From Minisyncoccia bacterium (GTDB lineage Bacteria; Patescibacteriota; Minisyncoccia; Phycocordibacterales; UBA918): 64,000 bases of DNA. A program made the translations under genes and the position numbers. The notes below the pieces were generated by a model that worked only from the letters and a program-made list of their open reading frames with translations, did no database searches and had not been told where the DNA came from. The stretch spans positions 201,226-265,225 of the forward strand of contig JBKJIT010000004.1 in assembly GCA_046598345.1 (NCBI GenBank), given 5' to 3'. Positions 58,842 through 64,000 of this stretch are shown piece by piece. Within the stretch, counting starts at the first letter, position 1, and each line of letters starts with the position of its first letter.

Positions 58842-59861
58842 TCAGCGTTTTGTACTAAAATGCATTCGTCCAACATCATCGACGTGTAGGAGATCATCTG
58901 GTACAAATGACTGAACAAACACAAGCCCTTCTGCCCTTGACATGGGATTCGGCTGGCCCTTTTTCTCTATACTCGTTACCGGAATTAAAGTGAAATTAAT
59001 ATTCTCCTCTTTCAAAGTGAGTACCAGTGCCAATCCCTTCTGAACTATCTCAGAAAAATACTGATCAAATACAAAATTACCGAGTGAATAAAAAATTGCT
59101 TTTTCTTTGTAGACCTCAATATCTTGCACAACATGCGGGTGATGACCAATCACCGCGTCCACACCAGAGTCAATAAGAAAATGTGCCAGAGCTTCTTGCT
59201 CAACGCTATGCACTGCCTCGTATTCTGTTCCCCAATGCACATATACAATCTGAATATCAGTTGCTTTTTCGAGTGCTTGGAGCTCTCGTGTAAGCACCGC
59301 TTCGTCTGGAGACGCGAAGAGTGTGTGGAGGAATACCAAACCTACGTCTGTGCTTCCCACCTGTACCGTTTCAATTATAAATGGAACTTCATTGAAAGGG
59401 TGCCCCTGACAGCGCATCGCAACTTCAGCACAAACCAATTTGGTGTTAAAGAATCCTTCATTCCCGTAGTCGAGGCTATGATTATTTGCAAGCGAAAGTA
59501 CGTCAAATCCAACTTGGGAAAGTGTTTGCATGAACGGTTTGTCTATTGAAAATAGAAACGTGAGTTCAGGGGTTTGTGTATGTATTTCGGGTATTGCTCC
59601 TTCAAAATTCCCAATAGACACATTTGATTCAGATATGTGCGATCTCATTGCGTCAAAGAAATAATCTGAACCATGCTCTCTACCCCATGTTTCTACTTTC
59701 CGCCCGAGCATGATATCTCCTGCAAAAAACATTGTTCCTTCTGTATATCGGTTACCTATGAGGCCCCACGCACCTTGAAAAACCGGACTTGGAAACCCCA
59801 GATGCCATGAAAGCATAAACCCCCAGATAAGGGAGAGTATAAAACTGAAAATAATACCCAT
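58842..59861 (-). CDS. CapA-family (PGA_cap) metallophosphoesterase-like protein
   Basis: GDIMLGR, GNFEGAIP, LANNHSLDYG, VHWGTEYE and GHHPHVVQ. Confidence 0.78.
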   Translation of the reverse strand: MGIIFSFILSLIWGFMLSWHLGFPSPVFQGAWGLIGNRYTEGTMFFAGDIMLGRKVETWGREHGSDYFFDAMRSHISESNVSIGNFEGAIPEIHTQTPELTFLFSIDKPFMQTLSQVGFDVLSLANNHSLDYGNEGFFNTKLVCAEVAMRCQGHPFNEVPFIIETVQVGSTDVGLVFLHTLFASPDEAVLTRELQALEKATDIQIVYVHWGTEYEAVHSVEQEALAHFLIDSGVDAVIGHHPHVVQDIEVYKEKAIFYSLGNFVFDQYFSEIVQKGLALVLTLKEENINFTLIPVTSIEKKGQPNPMSRAEGLVFVQSFVPDDLLHVDDVGRMHFSTKR

Positions 59862-59870
59862 TTTGACTCG

Positions 59871-60269
59871 CTATACTTCGAACGGTCCTATCTTAAGGAT
59901 ATATAGCGCAAAAGTAAAACTTACTCCTGCAAGTATAAACGACACACAGAAGACTGTGGCGCCATGAATCATTTTAACGAAGGTTGTTTCTCTTCCTGAT
60001 GCACTGTGTTTCAGTAGCGCATCTTCGTGAGCGTGTACATGAATATTGCATAACGAGAGCACTGATTCGGGACTTAGAGTATCAACACGAAAAAGGGATT
60101 TTTCGCGCTTCTCTCCTGAGTCAGTTCCTCGCAGGACAGTAACTGCCTCCCTTGCCTCAAGGCCAGTCCATCCCACTTCTTTGAGTTTAAGGATTATTGA
60201 ATCATCACTGTCAGCAACGGGTATATCATTGATGCGGAGAAAACTCTCAACATATGGTTTCGCAACCAT
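59871..60269 (-). CDS. hypothetical protein with C-terminal TM helix
   Basis: 132-aa ORF, tightly spaced between neighbouring genes. Confidence 0.4.
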   Translation of the reverse strand: MVAKPYVESFLRINDIPVADSDDSIILKLKEVGWTGLEAREAVTVLRGTDSGEKREKSLFRVDTLSPESVLSLCNIHVHAHEDALLKHSASGRETTFVKMIHGATVFCVSFILAGVSFTFALYILKIGPFEV

Positions 60270-60271
60270 AC

Positions 60272-61303
60272 TTAGGATTGCCCTTTACGCACCTGAATGG
60301 CATAGAGTTCAAGGAGTACTGTAAAGAGACTGATTATAACTGGTCCCAAAATAAACCCAATTGGTCCAAATAGCACGATTCCTCCCAATACTGAAAGTAG
60401 GATTAGAAGTGGGTGGAGTGAGTTTCCTCTACTCATGAGATACGGCCCGAGCATGTTATCGATCATACCCACAGCAATTACGCCCCACACAGCAAGTCCT
60501 CCAGCAAGCAAATGAGAGCCAGTCACAATAAGATAGATGACAGCTGGAATAAAGACGATCGTTGTTCCTACCCCTGGGACGAGTGCTCCGATCGCAGCGA
60601 CAGCACCCCAGAGCACTGCATGCTCAAATCCAAAGAGTGAAAGTCCAACACCAGTAAGTACTCCTTGAATGAGTGCAACAAGTACAGTGCCGAGCGCAAC
60701 TGAGCGTATCGAGCGAGAGAGGCGCTTTATGATTAGTTCGTCCTGTACATTCTTAAGAGGACTAATTTGGATAAGAAAATTTGTAAATGTCTTCCCGTCC
60801 CGAAAAAAATAAAACGATGAAATAAGTGCGATGAAAAAAAGAAAAAGAGTTGACGCAGTACCAGCAAAAAAACTAACTAGGTGACTCGCAATGAACTCTG
60901 CTGCCTGAGCAATGAAACTTGAGAGGTCAAGAGAAAACCCAGGAATGAAGCGACCAACGAGTGCCTCAATATATTCAACAGCTCCACTAAATGAAAGGTA
61001 CGTTGTTGAGTTAACGAGTGAGTACATCGAGAGTGCTTCGCGTAAAATAAATGAACCGATAACAACGAGCGGAAAGAACACAATGAGCACTACAAACAGC
61101 ACTGTGAGGAATGCAGCGAGAGAAGCGTTGCGTTTTGGGGTACGCGCTAGGATTCGTTCATATACCGGATAGCAGATAGTTACAATAATGGCTGCAAGCG
61201 CAATCGCGCCACTAAATGGTGCGAGAAGCTTCCACGTGAGAAATGCAACACCTCCAAGGATTGCAAAGAAGAAAATATACTCAATGAGTTTATTTGAAAG
61301 CAT
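60272..61303 (-). CDS. AI-2E family transporter (UPF0118/PerM-like)
   Basis: 343 aa, 8 TM, with the typical PFxxAxxLAxxI start and Gly-rich C-terminal helices. Confidence 0.78.
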   Translation of the reverse strand: MLSNKLIEYIFFFAILGGVAFLTWKLLAPFSGAIALAAIIVTICYPVYERILARTPKRNASLAAFLTVLFVVLIVFFPLVVIGSFILREALSMYSLVNSTTYLSFSGAVEYIEALVGRFIPGFSLDLSSFIAQAAEFIASHLVSFFAGTASTLFLFFIALISSFYFFRDGKTFTNFLIQISPLKNVQDELIIKRLSRSIRSVALGTVLVALIQGVLTGVGLSLFGFEHAVLWGAVAAIGALVPGVGTTIVFIPAVIYLIVTGSHLLAGGLAVWGVIAVGMIDNMLGPYLMSRGNSLHPLLILLSVLGGIVLFGPIGFILGPVIISLFTVLLELYAIQVRKGQS

Positions 61304-61332
61304 ATACGAGTATTCTACCTTGGAAAGGAAAT

Positions 61333-61370
61333 TAAAAAAGGGTCAAGCAGTGTGCGCTTGACCCTTTTCT
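61333..61370. terminator. bidirectional intrinsic terminator (aaaaaagggtcaagc-agtgtgc-gcttgacccttttct)
   Basis: 9-bp GC-rich stem extended by A/T pairs, with T-runs on both strands. Confidence 0.7.
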
Positions 61371-61372
61371 CT

Positions 61373-61519
61373 TTACTCAAGATTCTGTCTTGAAGCGAGT
61401 GCTGCAGCTTCAAGTGTCTCAAATGTGGCTTTACCGGCCGTATCGAGAGCAGCAAAACTTTGAGTAAAAAGATGTGACGCATACCAAAGTATGATCACAA
61501 AACCTATTGCTCTCCACAT
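61373..61519 (-). CDS. possible 48-aa single-TM small protein
   Basis: Reads MWRAIGFVIILWYASHLFTQSFAALDTAGKATFETLEAAALASRQNLE. Its stop abuts the terminator. It is below the track's length cut-off and has no homology support. Confidence 0.2.
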   Translation of the reverse strand: MWRAIGFVIILWYASHLFTQSFAALDTAGKATFETLEAAALASRQNLE

Positions 61520-61674
61520 ACATATGATTTAGCGAATGCTACCTTCCCCGACGAGAGAAGACTGGATAATTTCCGCAGTCGCTAGGAGAGTTGGGAAGAA
61601 CCCCGAACTTTCTGTAGTATATCACAAAACTGGAAACTGTAAAGTTTCATGGAGATTTCATATTTTAAAATACA

Positions 61675-62262
61675 TCACCTGGTGAGCAATTCGTCAATCT
61701 CCGCCTTCAATTCATCATAGTGTAGTGAACCACGCTCATGGAATCTGAGAGAACCCAAGTCGTCATACACAATTGTTTCCGGCATCGCATAGCCCTCTAT
61801 AGTCTTAAAAAACATGTCCGCCTCGTCTACGGCATACACAATCCCCTCTCCGCGACCGATATAATCGAGATATGCATTCGCTGTTTCCTTAGTCTCCATG
61901 CGATTCATTGCAATCACGCTAATTTCTTTACCAAAATCAGATTTAATTCGTTCGAGCACATCAAAGTCATTTTTTGACAGCGGACTCCAAGAAGCCCAGG
62001 AGTTAATAATTACAGGTTTCCCTTCATACGATTTGAGATCAAAAGAATTACCCTCCAAATCGGAGTACACAGGAGTCTCTTCATTTTGAATCGCACGAAG
62101 GTCAGAATGCTGACGTGCATAAAATCCTCGTGGTGAAGTTAATTCATACGCAATAAACGCCACGACGATAAGCACGCTAATGAGTACTCCACTCGTAATG
62201 ACCGTACTTTTAGAAAGCTTTTGAATCACACTATATTCTACATCACGAGAGGCAGAGACCAA
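61675..62262 (-). CDS. TlpA/ResA-like thioredoxin-fold protein with CxxC replaced by SxxS (WASWSPLS), membrane-anchored
   Basis: N-terminal TM, then KPVIINSWASWSPLSKNDFDVLERIKSDFGKEISVIAMN, aligned to the TlpA consensus ..WATWCPPC.. Both Cys are replaced by Ser. Confidence 0.6.
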   Translation of the reverse strand: MVSASRDVEYSVIQKLSKSTVITSGVLISVLIVVAFIAYELTSPRGFYARQHSDLRAIQNEETPVYSDLEGNSFDLKSYEGKPVIINSWASWSPLSKNDFDVLERIKSDFGKEISVIAMNRMETKETANAYLDYIGRGEGIVYAVDEADMFFKTIEGYAMPETIVYDDLGSLRFHERGSLHYDELKAEIDELLTR

Positions 62263-62279
62263 TACACTTCTGTATAAAT

Positions 62280-62753
62280 CTATTCTTTGAGAAACAGCTC
62301 AAAATCATCGGGCGTCTCTCCTTCTCCAGGAGGAATAAGATTGAGTGCAATTGCGCGTCCTTCAAGGGTTGCCCTAATATCAACTGCTTCACTTCCAGCA
62401 AATTCGACTTTGAAACGCTGGTCCGTAAGCGCCTGTGCACAAGTTTCAGCGGTATTAATTACGTCAAAATTAATACTTGCAGTGTCGGGAGTTATGCTCG
62501 TGGCTACATCCCAATTGAGAAGATCACATGCAGTTGGCATCGTTATCGTTCCTACAAGTGTATGAACACCATCAATAAAGAAATGCTTTGCATCAATCCG
62601 CGTGATGCTGTCGTACGGGCCAGCAATAGGAGTTTCCGTTGTAGGGGTATTTGTTTCATTCATCTCTGATTTCTTTAGAAATGCAAAGACAAACATACCA
62701 ATAATGAGGACTACGAAAAGAATTACCGCGACAATAATCCCATTGTTCTTCAT
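62280..62753 (-). CDS. membrane-anchored hypothetical protein
   Basis: 157 aa; N-terminal TM plus a soluble domain with 2 Cys. Confidence 0.45.
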   Translation of the reverse strand: MKNNGIIVAVILFVVLIIGMFVFAFLKKSEMNETNTPTTETPIAGPYDSITRIDAKHFFIDGVHTLVGTITMPTACDLLNWDVATSITPDTASINFDVINTAETCAQALTDQRFKVEFAGSEAVDIRATLEGRAIALNLIPPGEGETPDDFELFLKE

Positions 62754-62814
62754 ATATTTGAAAACCTAACTAATAGTCGATTAGTATAGCACAATGGCTT
62801 AAAATATAGGTATT

Positions 62815-64000
62815 CTAGTCATTTAAAGCCCTTTCAGCCTCAATCTCTTCATTAGTCAAGACCTTGTCGCGATCTCCCTCCTGAATGATAACTTCATATT
62901 CTCTACCACTCTTAGAGGCATCGCTCACATACAAAACTGCTCCAACAAATATCAAAATGAGTATTAGAACAGAAATGAAGAACAAACGATACTGCACCAC
63001 AAATCTGAAGATTGTGTGTACCACATCAATAAGTTCATCTACTTCACTAAGGCGGTCACGAAGATCTCTTGCACCGCTTTGTAGCGGCGCAGTTACGGTT
63101 TTATACTTTGGTTTCAAAACGATACTTTTGTCATGAACGGCCAAACTTTTCTTATCTACCTTCCTAAGGTCAGCTTCCCTTTCTACATCTACACCCGCAA
63201 GTATAAGCATGCGCCTGACGTACAGTTTGATCATCCATGAGATAAGGAGGACGACGGCAATTAGTGTACCTAGGGTGATTAATGTCGCCTTGATTGGTAT
63301 CACCCAAAAATACGAAGTTGCTGAAGCGCTCTTTACACCATTTTCACCATATGCAAGTGTTGCAATTGCTTTGTAGCGGCCGATATCTGTAAGTGATGAC
63401 TCTCCTTTCCATGAAAACTTGAAATCACGAATACTTCTGGGAAGCACGTTCCCAAAATGTGTTTGATTATTGACTGGGATAACACCCCGTTCTGTCCCCC
63501 ACATATTTGTAATAATAATATCCCCGCGTGGCTGCACCAATACATTTCCCTTGTTCTCAAACCGTAGTGAGAACTCAGCACTTGGTGTCTCAGTTACCCC
63601 TTCGGTTACAGAAAATTCTCGTATATCAGCTAATTCCACAACATCACCCTCCACTCGAACGAAGAACAGTGACGTAATGGTTTGTGAGGTGTGAAATGCA
63701 ATTGGAGAATCTTTCTCTTTTGGGGGTTCGGTATTAACTAAGATTGCTGCAAAGTGTCCTCCGGGGGCTGCATCCTTAGGTATCTCAACAAAAAACTGAA
63801 TTTCCTTACTCTGCTCTGGAGGAATTACGTACGGGCCTCCCGGAACTTCGATCCACTCTGCGAGCGTAGCTTCTCGTTCCGTGTCATTCAAGATCGGTAT
63901 AAATTTTCCACGCCCTTCTTCGCCCATCGCCTCAAAGTTAACCACCTCAGTGTATACGGTAAGCTCATATGGATTTCCATTTACTACCTTAAGTGAGCTT
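62815..64000 (-). CDS. hypothetical protein with two TM segments (partial; ORF continues past the window end)
   Basis: The track start is a GTG. The reading frame stays open upstream through 64000, so the true start is outside the window. Confidence 0.5.
   Translation of the reverse strand, partial: SSLKVVNGNPYELTVYTEVVNFEAMGEEGRGKFIPILNDTEREATLAEWIEVPGGPYVIPPEQSKEIQFFVEIPKDAAPGGHFAAILVNTEPPKEKDSPIAFHTSQTITSLFFVRVEGDVVELADIREFSVTEGVTETPSAEFSLRFENKGNVLVQPRGDIIITNMWGTERGVIPVNNQTHFGNVLPRSIRDFKFSWKGESSLTDIGRYKAIATLAYGENGVKSASATSYFWVIPIKATLITLGTLIAVVLLISWMIKLYVRRMLILAGVDVEREADLRKVDKKSLAVHDKSIVLKPKYKTVTAPLQSGARDLRDRLSEVDELIDVVHTIFRFVVQYRLFFISVLILILIFVGAVLYVSDASKSGREYEVIIQEGDRDKVLTNEEIEAERALND

Overview
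This 64 kb window is AT-rich and gene-dense, with most genes on the minus strand. The gene content (minimal F-ATPase subunits, type IV pilin, very large surface proteins, RND pump without an outer-membrane partner) suggests a reduced monoderm genome, possibly CPR/Patescibacteria-like; that assignment is inference. I found no rRNA, CRISPR array or clear transposon. Everything below is manual reading of the sequence and the supplied ORF translations; no searches were run.

Contents:
- **Housekeeping CDS:** partial leuS at the 5' edge, typA, ychF, a complete atpBEFHAGDC operon (15038-21161, minus), pyrB, tag, ddl, uvrC, uvrA, uvrB, tgt, an FKBP isomerase, a CapA-family protein and an AI-2E transporter.
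- **Efflux:** an RND pump with its membrane-fusion protein on the plus strand (8804-13457).
- **Thiol-disulfide genes:** a DsbA-like (CPHC) and DsbB/BdbC-like pair (2035-2986), and a TlpA-like protein whose CxxC has become SWSP.
- **RNA genes:** tRNA-Ala(TGC) and tRNA-Pro(GGG).
- **Surface proteins:** two tandem paralogous secreted proteins with CARDB, peptidoglycan-binding and dockerin-like repeats (39134-44117), and a 928-aa Ig-repeat membrane protein translationally coupled to an orphan histidine kinase.
- **Orphan sensing module:** a family-1 solute-binding protein followed by a dCache-HAMP protein with no output domain.

The most unusual locus is a tight minus-strand copper/disulfide operon (26219-33497): Trx-like CxxC protein, then a single 1249-aa ORF fusing a CcdA/DsbD-type transmembrane domain to a complete three-domain multicopper oxidase, then a cupredoxin-like protein, then CopA, with CopZ after a short gap.

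Other points worth a second look:
- A modular 25-35 bp repeat family at four loci, two of them directly after tRNA genes.
- Degenerate copies of the tRNA-Pro 5' half immediately upstream of that tRNA.
- Two GC-rich intergenic candidate structured RNAs, each with its own promoter-like and terminator-like signals (14856-15014 plus strand; 3006-3195 upstream of the dsbA-like gene).
- Tandem or direct repeats upstream of the RND operon and of the M48 peptidase gene.
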